Positions 51,048 through 61,564 of a DNA stretch of 64,000 bases are shown here, one piece after another. The notes under the pieces are model-generated. The model did no database searches. It was given only the letters and a program-made list of their open reading frames with translations, and was not told the origin of the DNA. Position numbers and translations under genes: made by a program. Position 1 is the first letter of the stretch, and each line of letters begins with the position of its first letter. Origin of the DNA: an uncultured SAR86 cluster bacterium (GTDB lineage Bacteria > Pseudomonadota > Gammaproteobacteria > Magnimaribacterales > D2472); contig CABYCL010000004.1 in assembly GCA_902517505.1 (NCBI GenBank), forward strand, positions 38,656-102,655, given 5' to 3'.

Positions 51048-52049
51048 ATGAAATACGATATTAGCGCTCTTGGAAATGCATTAGTGGATACTCAATACAT
51101 GGTAGATCATGAGTTTTTAGATGCTATGGGTCTCGAACCAGACTCAATGACTCTGGCTAGCGCGGAAGAGCATGCGCCAATAATAAAAAAACTTAAAGAT
51201 ATGGGTGTAGACTCCGTATCAGATTGTGGTGGATCAGCCACTAATTCCTTGGTAGCCGCCTCTAACTATGGATCAAAGTGTCACCACGTTTGTAGAGTTG
51301 CTAATGATGAAGATGGCAAAAAATACCTTGATAGTCTTCAAACTGCTGGAGTAAAGCATATTGGTTATAGTAAAGAGAATTCTGACTTACCAACTGGCAA
51401 GTGTTTAATATTCGTTACACCAGATGCAAAAAGAACTATGAGCAGTATGTTAGGAATAAGTGCTTTCCTTGGATCTCAAGATATTGATTACGATGCTGTA
51501 GATAATTCTAAGATCTTCTATATAGAAGGTTATATGGTTACAAGTGATGAAAATTTTAGCGCAGTTACTTCAGTGCTAAGTCACATTAAAAATGAGAATA
51601 CTTTAAAAGCATTGTCTTTGTCTGATGCTGGGATAGTTCATGGGTTCAAAGATAAATTCAAGGAAATTGAATCCTATGGAATTGATATGGTATTTTGTAA
51701 TGATGATGAAGCTGTAGCTTTTGCAGGTACAGAGACATTAGAAGAAGCTATTAATTTCTACAAAAGTCAAACTTATATGATTGCAATAACAAAAGGTTCA
51801 GAAGGAAGCATTGTCATCAAAGATGGAAAAGAAATATTCTCACCTGCAGTATCTATAACGCCGGTAGATACTAATGGTGCTGGAGATATGTATGCTGGTT
51901 CATTTATGCACGCATTTCTAAATGGTTTTAATTTATCTGAATGTGCGGATTTTAGTAATTATGCTTCATCAAAGGTTGTTGAAACCTTTGGACCTAGATT
52001 AACCCCTGATGGATATAAAGAAGTTTCAAATAAATTGAGAAAAAGCTAG
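51048..52049 (+). CDS. PfkB family kinase (adenosine kinase-like)
   Basis: GNALVD, GGSATN, DTNGAGD. Confidence 0.9.
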   Translation: MKYDISALGNALVDTQYMVDHEFLDAMGLEPDSMTLASAEEHAPIIKKLKDMGVDSVSDCGGSATNSLVAASNYGSKCHHVCRVANDEDGKKYLDSLQTAGVKHIGYSKENSDLPTGKCLIFVTPDAKRTMSSMLGISAFLGSQDIDYDAVDNSKIFYIEGYMVTSDENFSAVTSVLSHIKNENTLKALSLSDAGIVHGFKDKFKEIESYGIDMVFCNDDEAVAFAGTETLEEAINFYKSQTYMIAITKGSEGSIVIKDGKEIFSPAVSITPVDTNGAGDMYAGSFMHAFLNGFNLSECADFSNYASSKVVETFGPRLTPDGYKEVSNKLRKS

Positions 52050-52104
52050 CAAATTTCTCTACTATCTGATATTTTCACCACCTTAAAATTTTTTAAAAAA
52101 ACTT

Positions 52105-52662
52105 ATGGCTGTACAAAAAGCAATAAAAACAAGAAAGAAACCAGTAAAAAAAGTGGTATCTAAAAAAACTTCCACAAAAAAAGTTGTTACAAAAAAAGTT
52201 GTAAAACCTAAAAAAATTCTTAAAGCCAAGCCTGTTGTTAATATTGCAAATAATAAATCTAAAATTGCGCCATATAAACCAAAGAAGAATGAGAAATATA
52301 TGAGTGCGGCAATGAAAAGACATTTTATTGCTGTTCTTTTGCTGTGGAAAGAACATCTTAAAGAAGAAATGCAAAAAACTTTTGATCATTTAAAAACTAA
52401 AGGCGAAACATATGCAGATCCAATTGATAGAGCTTCTCAAGAAGAAGAGTTTGCATTTGAACTTAGAACCAGAGACAGAGAAAGGAAGCTTATTAACAAA
52501 ATTGCTATTTCAATTGAGCAAATCAAACAAGATGAATATGGTTGGTGTGAATCTTGTGGAGATGAAATTGGAATAAAAAGACTTGAAGCAAGGCCAACTG
52601 CAACTCATTGCATAGATTGCAAAACCCTAGATGAAATTAAAGAAAAACAACTTGGCGGATGA
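52105..52662 (+). CDS. dksA: RNA polymerase-binding factor DksA with Lys-rich N-terminal extension
   Basis: YM.....HF, DPIDRA acidic tip, CESC...CIDC zinc finger. Confidence 0.96.
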   Translation: MAVQKAIKTRKKPVKKVVSKKTSTKKVVTKKVVKPKKILKAKPVVNIANNKSKIAPYKPKKNEKYMSAAMKRHFIAVLLLWKEHLKEEMQKTFDHLKTKGETYADPIDRASQEEEFAFELRTRDRERKLINKIAISIEQIKQDEYGWCESCGDEIGIKRLEARPTATHCIDCKTLDEIKEKQLGG

Positions 52663-52689
52663 TTCTAAAATTTTTATCAAAAATATACT

Positions 52690-53922
52690 TTGATAAATAA
52701 TAAAAAAATAAGCAAATTTGCGATCTCAATCATTGAAGATCTAAAAAAGAATAACTATCAGGGATACCTAGTTGGAGGATGTGTTAGAGATCTTTTATGT
52801 GGTCTTGAGCCAAAAGATTTTGATATTGCAACTAATGCAACTCCTGAGCAAATAAGAAAAGTTTTTAAAGCCTCCAGAATAATAGGAAAAAGGTTTAAGC
52901 TTGTTCATGTTTTTAACAGATCAGAGCTTATTGAAGTTGCCACATTTAGATCTGGCGATGATATAAATAATGATGGTAATCTAGTACAAGATCAATCAGG
53001 TAAAATTATTAGAGATAATATTTGGGGTGGTCTTGAACAAGATAGTTATAGAAGAGACTTCACAATAAATTCACTTTATTACTGCCCTCTTTCTAAAAAA
53101 ATTGTTGGTCATGAAGATGGTATGAAACATATTCATGAGAAAAAAGTTGTCTCAATTGGAGATCCAAAAAAGAGATTTGCAGAAGATCCTGTGAGGTGTT
53201 TAAGGGCTTTAAGGTTTAGTAACAAACTAAATTTTAAGGTTGATCCTAAAATAAAAGATGCGATTTATGAAAAGGGACATTTGCTTTCTGGTATTTCAAA
53301 TGCAAGGATTTTTGATGAATTTTGTAAAATCTTTCTTGGCGGAATGGCTGAAAAGAACTATAGAAAAATGACTTCTTTTGGTCTGAGTAAATATCTTGTA
53401 ACAACTAACCCTGAGAAGAGTGAATTTACAAGCAGGTTAATCATTGAAGCATTAAGAAATACTGATAAAAGATTAAAAAATAATCAATCTGTAACCCCTG
53501 GTTTTCTTATTGCGGCACTTCTTTGGCCTGAGCTGTTAGAAAAGTCAATTGCTAAAGGTGAAATAAATCTTAGGAAATTCTTTAGATCTATGGACCAGGT
53601 TCTTAGAAAACAACAAAAAATTACAGCAATTCCAAGGAAATTTCATTCGTATATAAAAGATATATGGGTTTTGCAATTAAAGTTACATAGTAGAATTGGT
53701 AGACAGCCTTATAAAACTTTAAAACATCCAAGGTTTAGAGCAGCTTATGATTTTATGCTTATTAGAGAAAAAGCTGCCAATGAAATTAACAATTTAGGTA
53801 AATGGTGGACCAAGTTTCAAAGAAATGATGATAATCTAAAAAAATCTCTTATAAAAATTATTAATGAAAATGATACACAAGAATCGTTTAAAACATTTGG
53901 TTTCTCTCAAGAGTTACGATAA
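52690..53922 (+). CDS. pcnB: Poly(A) polymerase I
   Basis: LVGGCVRD, KDFDIAT, IIGKRF.LVHV signature, RRDFTIN, HPRFRAAYDF. Start codon is uncertain. Confidence 0.95.
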   Translation: MINNKKISKFAISIIEDLKKNNYQGYLVGGCVRDLLCGLEPKDFDIATNATPEQIRKVFKASRIIGKRFKLVHVFNRSELIEVATFRSGDDINNDGNLVQDQSGKIIRDNIWGGLEQDSYRRDFTINSLYYCPLSKKIVGHEDGMKHIHEKKVVSIGDPKKRFAEDPVRCLRALRFSNKLNFKVDPKIKDAIYEKGHLLSGISNARIFDEFCKIFLGGMAEKNYRKMTSFGLSKYLVTTNPEKSEFTSRLIIEALRNTDKRLKNNQSVTPGFLIAALLWPELLEKSIAKGEINLRKFFRSMDQVLRKQQKITAIPRKFHSYIKDIWVLQLKLHSRIGRQPYKTLKHPRFRAAYDFMLIREKAANEINNLGKWWTKFQRNDDNLKKSLIKIINENDTQESFKTFGFSQELR

Positions 53923-53949
53923 TCTATTAAATTAGAAACTATTATTGAA

Positions 53950-54615
53950 ATGAAGCCAGCTTTAAACGAACTACCTCTGCCAAAGTATATTGCAATAGAA
54001 GGACCAATTGGAGTTGGCAAAACAACTCTGGCAAATAAAATCGCTGAGACCTTCAATTATGATGCATTTTTAGAACAACCCGCAGAAAATCCATTCCTTA
54101 AAAACTTTTATAGAAACCCTAGTCAGTCTGCTTTAGCTACTCAACTTTTTTTCCTTTTCCAAAGAATGCAGCAAATTCAGGACCTAAAACAAAGAAGTTT
54201 ATTTGAGAATGTTCGTGTAGCTGACTTCTTAATAGAAAAAGATAGATTATTTGCAGAAGTTACATTATCAAATGAAGAAATGAGCCTTTATGACAAAGTT
54301 TATGAACACATTACTCTAGATGCTCCAACGCCTGATTTAGTTATTTATTTACAGGCTCCGATTGAAATATTAAAGGAGAGAATTACAAAAAGAGGAAATA
54401 TAAACGAACAGTATCTTACATTGGATTATTTAGAAAGACTAAATGATGCCTATTCTAGATTTTTTCTTGACTATAAATCTGCTCCTTTGTTAATTATTAA
54501 TGCTGCGGATATTAATCTTGAATCTAATGAAGCTGACTACGAAGCTCTAGTAACAATGATAATGTCAAACCCTAAAGGCAAAAATTTTGTAAATCCGCAA
54601 CCTTCTATTATTTAA
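53950..54615 (+). CDS. Deoxynucleoside kinase
   Basis: IEGPIGVGKTT, NPFL..FY, QLFFL.QR, PDLVIYL. Confidence 0.92.
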   Translation: MKPALNELPLPKYIAIEGPIGVGKTTLANKIAETFNYDAFLEQPAENPFLKNFYRNPSQSALATQLFFLFQRMQQIQDLKQRSLFENVRVADFLIEKDRLFAEVTLSNEEMSLYDKVYEHITLDAPTPDLVIYLQAPIEILKERITKRGNINEQYLTLDYLERLNDAYSRFFLDYKSAPLLIINAADINLESNEADYEALVTMIMSNPKGKNFVNPQPSII

Positions 54616-54624
54616 ATAATAGTC

Positions 54625-56547
54625 ATGGCAAAAGAACTAATAAAAGCTCAATCATTGAATCCTCATATAAAGGATTTTGATGAATATAAGCAGCTATATG
54701 ATGAATCAATAAATAATCCTCAAGGTTTTTTTAAAAAAATAGCTAAAGAAAATCTTTCTTGGATTAAAGATTTTAATGAAGTGCATAATAATGAATTTGC
54801 TGAAAGCAAATGGTTTTATGATGGAAAAATTAATGTTAGTGAAAACTGCATAGATCGTCATCTAAAAAATTCATCAGAAAAGATAGCATTAATATGGGAA
54901 GGAGATGAACCAGGTGATTCTAAAAAATATACATTTAAAGAATTACATGAGGAAGTCTGCAAATTTGCAAATGTCTTAAAAGATTTACAAGTTTCCAAAG
55001 GTTCAAGAGTTTGTATTTATATGCCAATGATTCCTGAAGCTGCATTTGCAATGCTAGCATGTACAAGAATTGGAGCAATTCATTCCGTAGTTTTTGGTGG
55101 TTTTTCACCTGAATCATTAAAAGATAGAATCCTTGATGCTGACTGTGAAGTAGTTATCACTGCTGATGAAGGTATACGTGGCGGGAAAAAAGTACCATTA
55201 AAATTAAATGTTGATGAAGCATTGAGAAAATGTCCAAATGTAAAACATACTATTGTTATTAAAAGATCTGGGGGTTATGTACCTTGGAATGAAGATAGAG
55301 ATCTACACTATGAAGATCTTATTAAAAATGTCTCTTCATCATGTGATCCAGAACCAATGGATGCAGAAGATCCTTTGTTTATTCTTTATACCTCAGGTTC
55401 TACTGGAAAACCAAAAGGAGTCCTACATACAACTGCAGGATATCTTCTTGGTGCTCACATGAGCTTTAAATATTTGTTTGGCATAAATGAATCAGATATA
55501 TATTGGTGTACAGCTGACGTTGGTTGGATTACTGGTCATACATATATTTTGTATGGGCCTTTATCAAATGGAACAACTTCTATAATGTTTGAGGGTATTC
55601 CTACCTATCCTGATTCATCAAGATGCTGGGAAATATGTGATAAGTATGACGTGAATATTTTTTATACAGCACCGACTGCTATAAGAGCTTTAATGTCTCA
55701 GGGTGATGAGCCTGTGCTTAAAACTTCAAGAAAAAGCTTAAGAGTTCTGGGTACTGTCGGTGAACCAATTAATCCTGAAGCTTGGGATTGGTATTACAAA
55801 GTAGTAGGTAATGGTGCTTGTGACGTTATTGACACATGGTGGCAAACAGAAACTGGCTCTGTGCTAATTTCTCCAATTGCAGGAGTAACTGAAGTTAAGC
55901 CTGGTTCAGCTACATTACCATTTTTAGGTGTAAAACCTGCGATATACGATGATGAAGGAAATACCTTAGATGGCGCAACTTCTGGTAATTTAGTCATTGA
56001 ATCTTCTTGGCCAAGCCAAATTAGAAGTGTTTATGGGGATCATAAAAGAATGATTTCAACGTATTTTAAAACCTATAAAAATATTTATTTCACTGGTGAT
56101 GGCGCTAGAAGAGATGAAGATGGGTACTATTGGATAACAGGGAGGGTCGATGATGTATTAAATGTTTCTGGACACAGATTAGGTACAGCTGAGATAGAAA
56201 GTGCTTTAGTACTTCATGATGCTGTTGCTGAGGCAGCTGTTGTTGGCTTCCAACATCCTATTAAAGGCCAAGGAATATATGCATTTGTTACATTAATGAA
56301 AGAAAAAGAGTTTGATGAATCTCTATCAGAAGAGCTTGTTAAATTTGTATCTAAAGAAATTGGTCCAATTGCAAAACCTGATCTAATTCAAAATGCTCCA
56401 GGCCTTCCCAAAACAAGATCAGGAAAAATTATGAGAAGAATTTTAAGAAAGATTGCTGAGGGTGACTTTGATAATCTTGGAGATACAACCACTCTTGCTG
56501 AACCTGCTGTAGTTGAGTCTTTACTTGAAAATAGTAAAAAATTGTGA
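54625..56547 (+). CDS. acs: Acetyl-CoA synthetase
   Basis: [39 protein letters not shown]. Confidence 0.98.
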   Translation: MAKELIKAQSLNPHIKDFDEYKQLYDESINNPQGFFKKIAKENLSWIKDFNEVHNNEFAESKWFYDGKINVSENCIDRHLKNSSEKIALIWEGDEPGDSKKYTFKELHEEVCKFANVLKDLQVSKGSRVCIYMPMIPEAAFAMLACTRIGAIHSVVFGGFSPESLKDRILDADCEVVITADEGIRGGKKVPLKLNVDEALRKCPNVKHTIVIKRSGGYVPWNEDRDLHYEDLIKNVSSSCDPEPMDAEDPLFILYTSGSTGKPKGVLHTTAGYLLGAHMSFKYLFGINESDIYWCTADVGWITGHTYILYGPLSNGTTSIMFEGIPTYPDSSRCWEICDKYDVNIFYTAPTAIRALMSQGDEPVLKTSRKSLRVLGTVGEPINPEAWDWYYKVVGNGACDVIDTWWQTETGSVLISPIAGVTEVKPGSATLPFLGVKPAIYDDEGNTLDGATSGNLVIESSWPSQIRSVYGDHKRMISTYFKTYKNIYFTGDGARRDEDGYYWITGRVDDVLNVSGHRLGTAEIESALVLHDAVAEAAVVGFQHPIKGQGIYAFVTLMKEKEFDESLSEELVKFVSKEIGPIAKPDLIQNAPGLPKTRSGKIMRRILRKIAEGDFDNLGDTTTLAEPAVVESLLENSKKL

Positions 56548-56867
56548 AGAGACTAATTCCCCTTTTACTTTTATTTGGATGCAATACTAATCAAAATTAT
56601 GATAAATCAATGCTGCCAAATGCTGACCCTGCAATCCTGAGCAAGGTTAATTCTAGAGGATTGATTACGTGTATGCAGATTCCCACTCCTCTTCCTCCTG
56701 TTCCAATAAACAAAGACCACAAGGTTCCTCATACAGAAGTTTATGATACTAATGATTGCATTGATAAAGAAATGGCTAGAAAAGATACCAACGATATCAA
56801 CAATGAAAGAAAGGAAAAAAAAGAGTTTGAACTTGAGATTGATCTAGATTATCAAGATAAAGAATAG
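56544..56867 (+). CDS. Hypothetical lipoprotein
   Basis: MKR-hydrophobic-LFGC lipobox. GTG start overlaps the acs stop. Confidence 0.65.
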   Translation: MKRLIPLLLLFGCNTNQNYDKSMLPNADPAILSKVNSRGLITCMQIPTPLPPVPINKDHKVPHTEVYDTNDCIDKEMARKDTNDINNERKEKKEFELEIDLDYQDKE

Positions 56868-57652
56868 TTATTTTTAGATTTGTTTAATTTTCCTTCATCT
56901 TCAAGCTTTATCAGATGTGCCAATAAGCTCATTTTTGCAATTGGATGAAGGACCTCAGGCACATCATCATAAACTAACAATAATAATTCATCTAAATTTG
57001 AGTTTTTTTGTTTCTCAACACACCTAAGCACTTTTGATTCTCTTGAGAGTCTATGTCTTATTATTGATTGAATGGTTTTGTCAGGCTCTTGCATAAAATT
57101 TCCATGTCCTGGAGCAAAATAATCAATATCATAATTTTCTAGAAGCCTTAACGAGTCGATATACTCAGTCATGTTTCCGTCTGGAGGAGCAATTACTACA
57201 GTAGATCCGTCCATTATATGATCACCGGTTAATAAGCATTTATTTTCTTTTAAATAAAAACACAGATGGTTTGATGCATGTCCTGGAGTATGAATTGTCT
57301 CTAATGAATATTCATCTGTTGAAATTATATCTCCATGGCTTAAGACATTATCTGGCATGAAGGTTTCATCTTCCCATTGAGATTCTCTATCAACCAATCT
57401 TCCAAACATAGGAATATTTAATTCTTTTGAAATCGGTAATGCTGCTGGGGAATGATCAGTATGTGTATGAGTGACGAGAATTCTCTTGATTTTATCCCCA
57501 CCCTCAAGAAGAATTCTATCAATGTGTTCAGGACTATTTGGGCCAGGATCAACTAAAGTGATATCCTCATGCCCAATCAAATAAGCATTGGTTCCATTTC
57601 CGGTAAAAACTCCGCCATTATTAGCAGTTATTTTTTTTATTACTTTATTCAC
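56852..57652 (-). CDS. Metallo-beta-lactamase fold hydrolase (LACTB2-like with winged-helix tail)
   Basis: GTN.Y, VDPGP, THTHTDH, TPGH, GDH, PGHG. Confidence 0.9.
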   Translation of the reverse strand: MNKVIKKITANNGGVFTGNGTNAYLIGHEDITLVDPGPNSPEHIDRILLEGGDKIKRILVTHTHTDHSPAALPISKELNIPMFGRLVDRESQWEDETFMPDNVLSHGDIISTDEYSLETIHTPGHASNHLCFYLKENKCLLTGDHIMDGSTVVIAPPDGNMTEYIDSLRLLENYDIDYFAPGHGNFMQEPDKTIQSIIRHRLSRESKVLRCVEKQKNSNLDELLLLVYDDVPEVLHPIAKMSLLAHLIKLEDEGKLNKSKNNYSLS

Positions 57653-58443
57653 TAATGATCCTCATAACCTTTGTCTCCAGGAAATGATACATTCCAATTT
57701 CCATTTTCTTTAAAAAACTTTGGCAATATAGGTTTTATATCATTTTTTGTCATATTTTTTTGCTTCTCAAGCATATCTTTTGCGCAATTAAAACTTGAGC
57801 ATAATTTAAGATTCTCAGTAGTAGGTAATATCATTTGCATGTCACCATCCATTGCTTGTTTTAAGGCATCATTGGGATTAATCCATAGACTCTGAGTAAG
57901 CTCCATGCCATCATGCTGAACAATTTGGTTGTCAGGTAAATATGCAATAAAAAATCTAGTATCAAACCTTTTGATTTCAAAATCTGGAGTAATCCAATGT
58001 GACAATGGAGCAATATTCTCAGTTGATAACATTAAATTCTCCTTCTCACATATTTCTAAAAAAGATATTTTTTGATTAATAAGATCTTTTCTATACATAT
58101 CAAATTTTTCTTTGTCATGACCTTTTAAATTAAGTTTTTCCCCAGATTTTCTTTTAGCCAGCAATATACCAACTTCTTCAAAACTCTCTCTTATACATGC
58201 AATCCAATAACTAAGACCATTGCTACTTAAACCAAGGATTTCAGAAGCTTTAGAGTCATTATGTCCATCACAATGAAATTTCCAGTCTTTATGACAATCA
58301 TCATCATCAATTTTGCCCCCCGGAAAAACATATAAATTTCCAAAAGGTGATTTTTTAGATCTTTTAACCATTAAGACCTCAATACCATCTTTTGAATCTC
58401 TTAAAAGAAGTACAGTTGCAGCAGGAATTAAATTTTTATTCAT
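57652..58443 (-). CDS. NUDIX hydrolase (NUDT19-like)
   Basis: PAATVLL.R, VFPGG..D, RESFEEVG, WITP....RFDTRFF. Confidence 0.9.
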   Translation of the reverse strand: MNKNLIPAATVLLLRDSKDGIEVLMVKRSKKSPFGNLYVFPGGKIDDDDCHKDWKFHCDGHNDSKASEILGLSSNGLSYWIACIRESFEEVGILLAKRKSGEKLNLKGHDKEKFDMYRKDLINQKISFLEICEKENLMLSTENIAPLSHWITPDFEIKRFDTRFFIAYLPDNQIVQHDGMELTQSLWINPNDALKQAMDGDMQMILPTTENLKLCSSFNCAKDMLEKQKNMTKNDIKPILPKFFKENGNWNVSFPGDKGYEDH

Positions 58444-58475
58444 ATATTTAATTGATATAGCTTAGAATACTGCTT

Positions 58476-59366
58476 ATGAGAATTACTGACAATCTAATTG
58501 AAGATATATCAAATGCGCCTAATTGGTTTTTTGATGCTATTAAAATAGAGCCAAAAGAATGCGAAATAAAAAATTCAAAGGGTAATCTCTCATATTCAAA
58601 ATGGGATTGTGATTCAGAAAGTAAAAGCCTCCTAATATTCATCCATGGTACTGGTGCACATAAAAAATGGTGGTATCCAATAGCTCCACATTTTACCGAA
58701 AATACTAACGTGATTGCAGTTGATCTTCCAGGCATGGGTGATTCTGGTTTTAGAGATAAATACAGTATCAAAGATTTTGGCCAATGTATCATTTCAATTA
58801 TTGAAAAAGAAAAGTCAACTATGCTCATTGATAATGTTTTTATTGTTGGGCATTCTCTAGGTGGTCAAGTCGCGGCATATGTTGCTTCTGAAAAAAAAGA
58901 ACTGGTTTCTAGCTTAATAATGATTGATACCTTTATAAGGCCTCCTGACTGGGATCCCTCTCAACACGAGGGCGGTCCTCTAAGAATGATCAAATATTAT
59001 CCAGATAAGTCTACTATTTTAAAAAGGTTTAGGCTCTTACCTGAACAGGAATGTCTTAATGATTGGTTTGTTAGATATATAGCAGAGCACTCTGTTAGAG
59101 AAACTGATGAAGGATGGCGATGGAAATTTGATGATTCTATGTTTAATAGCTTGGAAAGATTGTTTGGTTATCAATTTTCATTTGGATGTCCTGCCCTATT
59201 TATTCATGGTGCAAATAGTTTACTGATGTTAGGCAATATCCTTGGCAACATAAAAAATATGTATTCAGATATCATGGAATTTGAAGAAATTCCTGGCGCA
59301 GCCCATCATGTCCCACTCGATAAACCTTTAGAAATAGTTGATATAATTAAAAATCGTTTATTTTAA
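58476..59366 (+). CDS. Alpha/beta fold hydrolase
   Basis: HG.GAH..WW, DLPG.GDS, GHSLGG, HH..LD.P. Confidence 0.9.
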   Translation: MRITDNLIEDISNAPNWFFDAIKIEPKECEIKNSKGNLSYSKWDCDSESKSLLIFIHGTGAHKKWWYPIAPHFTENTNVIAVDLPGMGDSGFRDKYSIKDFGQCIISIIEKEKSTMLIDNVFIVGHSLGGQVAAYVASEKKELVSSLIMIDTFIRPPDWDPSQHEGGPLRMIKYYPDKSTILKRFRLLPEQECLNDWFVRYIAEHSVRETDEGWRWKFDDSMFNSLERLFGYQFSFGCPALFIHGANSLLMLGNILGNIKNMYSDIMEFEEIPGAAHHVPLDKPLEIVDIIKNRLF

Positions 59367-59368
59367 AT

Positions 59369-60739
59369 ATGAACTATTTCTATTTCTTCTTCTTTATTTT
59401 TTTAGGTATTTTGGTTTGGATTAAACCATTTGCTGAATTTTTAAAAAATAAGATTCTTTCAAGCAATAACATCAATGTTATTGCAAGCATAACAATATTA
59501 ATAGGTCTAATATGCGTTTATGCAGCTTTAACGGATGGATATTGGTTTGAAAGAGTATGGAGGATTGTTACTTTTTCTTTAGGTATAATTTTGATTATAA
59601 GAGGTATTGCAGCGATGTTCTTTTTTAATCAAATAAAAAAAGCTATCCCTTTTGTCTTCCTGCATTATTTTAAATTTATGAGCATTATTTCAGTAATGTT
59701 TTTTACATTAGCGTTTTTTGTCGTTTCCTCTGACTATGTTGGACCTCAAAAAGATATAAGTAATTGTAGTTCAGATAATAAAGTTGAGCTTATTTGTGAT
59801 TTTAAAAATCCTGAGGATATAGTGATAACGCCTGATAAAAAATTTCTGTTTATGTCTGAATTTGGAGGAATTGGTCCATATGAGGAGCAAAAAACAGGCT
59901 ATTTTGCTTTATTAAATTTAGAAACAAAAACTAAAGTCATTCCAAATATAACGATTGAAGAAAATATTTGGGGGGATCCTGAATGCACAAGAACAATTAA
60001 TAAAAAATATGGTCCTCATGGAATTGACTTAATAAAAAGAAATGACGGACGTTATCAACTTGGAGTCATTAACCACTATCCAGATGAAACTATAGAAATG
60101 TTTGAGATGATAAAAAAGGAAAATTCATGGGATATGGTTTGGAGGGGATGTATAGATGTGCCTTATGAGTTTTATTTTAATGACATTAGTTTAAGAAAAA
60201 GTGGAAGCTTCTATGCTTCTCATATGTACGATAGGGATATAACTCTTAACGAATGGCTTTTCGTTTCAATAATAAAAACTAATACAGGGTTTCTTGTTGA
60301 GTGGATAGAAAATAAATTCAAAAAAATTGATGGCTCTGATGGAAGCGGTCCTAATGGTATTGCTTTGGATGAGGACTCGAATATTATTTATATAAACTAT
60401 AACCAAGGTGATTCGATAACAAAATTTGATCTTTCCCTTAATAAAAAATTAGGTAAAAAGTTTATTGAAGCACCAGATAATCCTTATATAGATGGTAATG
60501 ACATTTGGATTACCTCATTAGATTTTCAACCTAATGATTTTGGAGATTGTGAGTTTAAAAAAAGTTGTTCCCTACCATTTTCTATTTATCAATTAGATAA
60601 AAATAATTTAGAAATAAAAAATGAATATTCATTTTCCAAAACTGTTTTTGGTCTTCCCACCGTTGCTGTTCCAATAGAGGATGAAGTTTTTTTAGGGTCA
60701 TTCCATTCTGATAGATTAGGGGTAATAGAAATTAATTAG
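59369..60739 (+). CDS. Paraoxonase/arylesterase-like beta-propeller fused to an N-terminal 4-TM domain
   Basis: Four hydrophobic segments, then PEDI, PHGI, INH, FND, GPNGI, PDN motifs. Confidence 0.75.
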   Translation: MNYFYFFFFIFLGILVWIKPFAEFLKNKILSSNNINVIASITILIGLICVYAALTDGYWFERVWRIVTFSLGIILIIRGIAAMFFFNQIKKAIPFVFLHYFKFMSIISVMFFTLAFFVVSSDYVGPQKDISNCSSDNKVELICDFKNPEDIVITPDKKFLFMSEFGGIGPYEEQKTGYFALLNLETKTKVIPNITIEENIWGDPECTRTINKKYGPHGIDLIKRNDGRYQLGVINHYPDETIEMFEMIKKENSWDMVWRGCIDVPYEFYFNDISLRKSGSFYASHMYDRDITLNEWLFVSIIKTNTGFLVEWIENKFKKIDGSDGSGPNGIALDEDSNIIYINYNQGDSITKFDLSLNKKLGKKFIEAPDNPYIDGNDIWITSLDFQPNDFGDCEFKKSCSLPFSIYQLDKNNLEIKNEYSFSKTVFGLPTVAVPIEDEVFLGSFHSDRLGVIEIN

Positions 60740-61564
60740 ATGATAAAAGAATTCGACTTCGATTCACTTGAAAAAAGTATTCCAGAAAGATCTAGTAACT
60801 CTCATAAAGGTGATTTTGGAAAAGTAATAGTTGTTGGGGGTTCGGAGGGGATGGGAGGTGCCGCAATATTATCATCTGAAGCAAGTTTATTTTCTGGTTC
60901 TGGACTAGTTCATCTCAGTACACATCCAATAAATGTAGAGGCAAGCCTAAAAAGAAATCCAGAAGTAATGGCATATGGCATTGATAAAAAATTTTCTATG
61001 CCTGAGAAGATTGATGTCTTGCTATGCGGTCCAGGATTAAAAAATGACGAATGGTCTAAAAATATCTTCAATAAAGCTATTTCAGCAAATAATTTTAGGG
61101 TAGTAATATTGGATGCAGGTGCACTTCATTTTATAGGTGAGAACAATTTAGAGATAAGCAAAGATCTAGTTCTTACTCCTCATCCAGGCGAAGCTGCAAA
61201 GCTTTTAGGTATTTCAAATAATGAAGTTCAAGAGGATAGAATTAATGCCGCGAAATCAATATCAAATAAATTTTCAGCTTCTGTAATTCTTAAAGGCAAA
61301 GAGACAATTATTTGTTCTAGTGGTGACGAGAAATTATTTATATGCACTGAAGGTGGGCCAGAGTTATCTTCAGGAGGCACAGGCGACGTTCTTGCTGGAG
61401 TTCTATCAGCCCTTATAGCCCAAAAAATTGATATTATTAATGCGTGCAAAATTTCTGTTGCTGTTCATGCTAGAGCAGGAGAAGAATTTAGAAATAAAAC
61501 AGGTGAAATTGGCTTAAATGCATCATCATTGATACCAACCATAAGAGATTTACTTAATAAATGA
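60740..61564 (+). CDS. nnrD: NAD(P)H-hydrate dehydratase (YjeF C-terminal domain only)
   Basis: SHKG.FG, GPGL, LDA, TPHPGEA, LKG, GGTGDVLAG. Confidence 0.93.
   Translation: MIKEFDFDSLEKSIPERSSNSHKGDFGKVIVVGGSEGMGGAAILSSEASLFSGSGLVHLSTHPINVEASLKRNPEVMAYGIDKKFSMPEKIDVLLCGPGLKNDEWSKNIFNKAISANNFRVVILDAGALHFIGENNLEISKDLVLTPHPGEAAKLLGISNNEVQEDRINAAKSISNKFSASVILKGKETIICSSGDEKLFICTEGGPELSSGGTGDVLAGVLSALIAQKIDIINACKISVAVHARAGEEFRNKTGEIGLNASSLIPTIRDLLNK

Noticed and set aside
52093..52389. 98-aa Phe-rich antisense ORF
   Set aside because: It is the shadow of the Lys-rich dksA codons.
1944..61449. Many 60-126 aa ORFs antisense to or nested in housekeeping genes (e.g. 1944-2285, 13789-14064, 25879-26148, 43504-43773, 58448-58828)
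   Set aside because: They overlap confidently identified genes and show no recognisable motifs, as expected for shadow ORFs.
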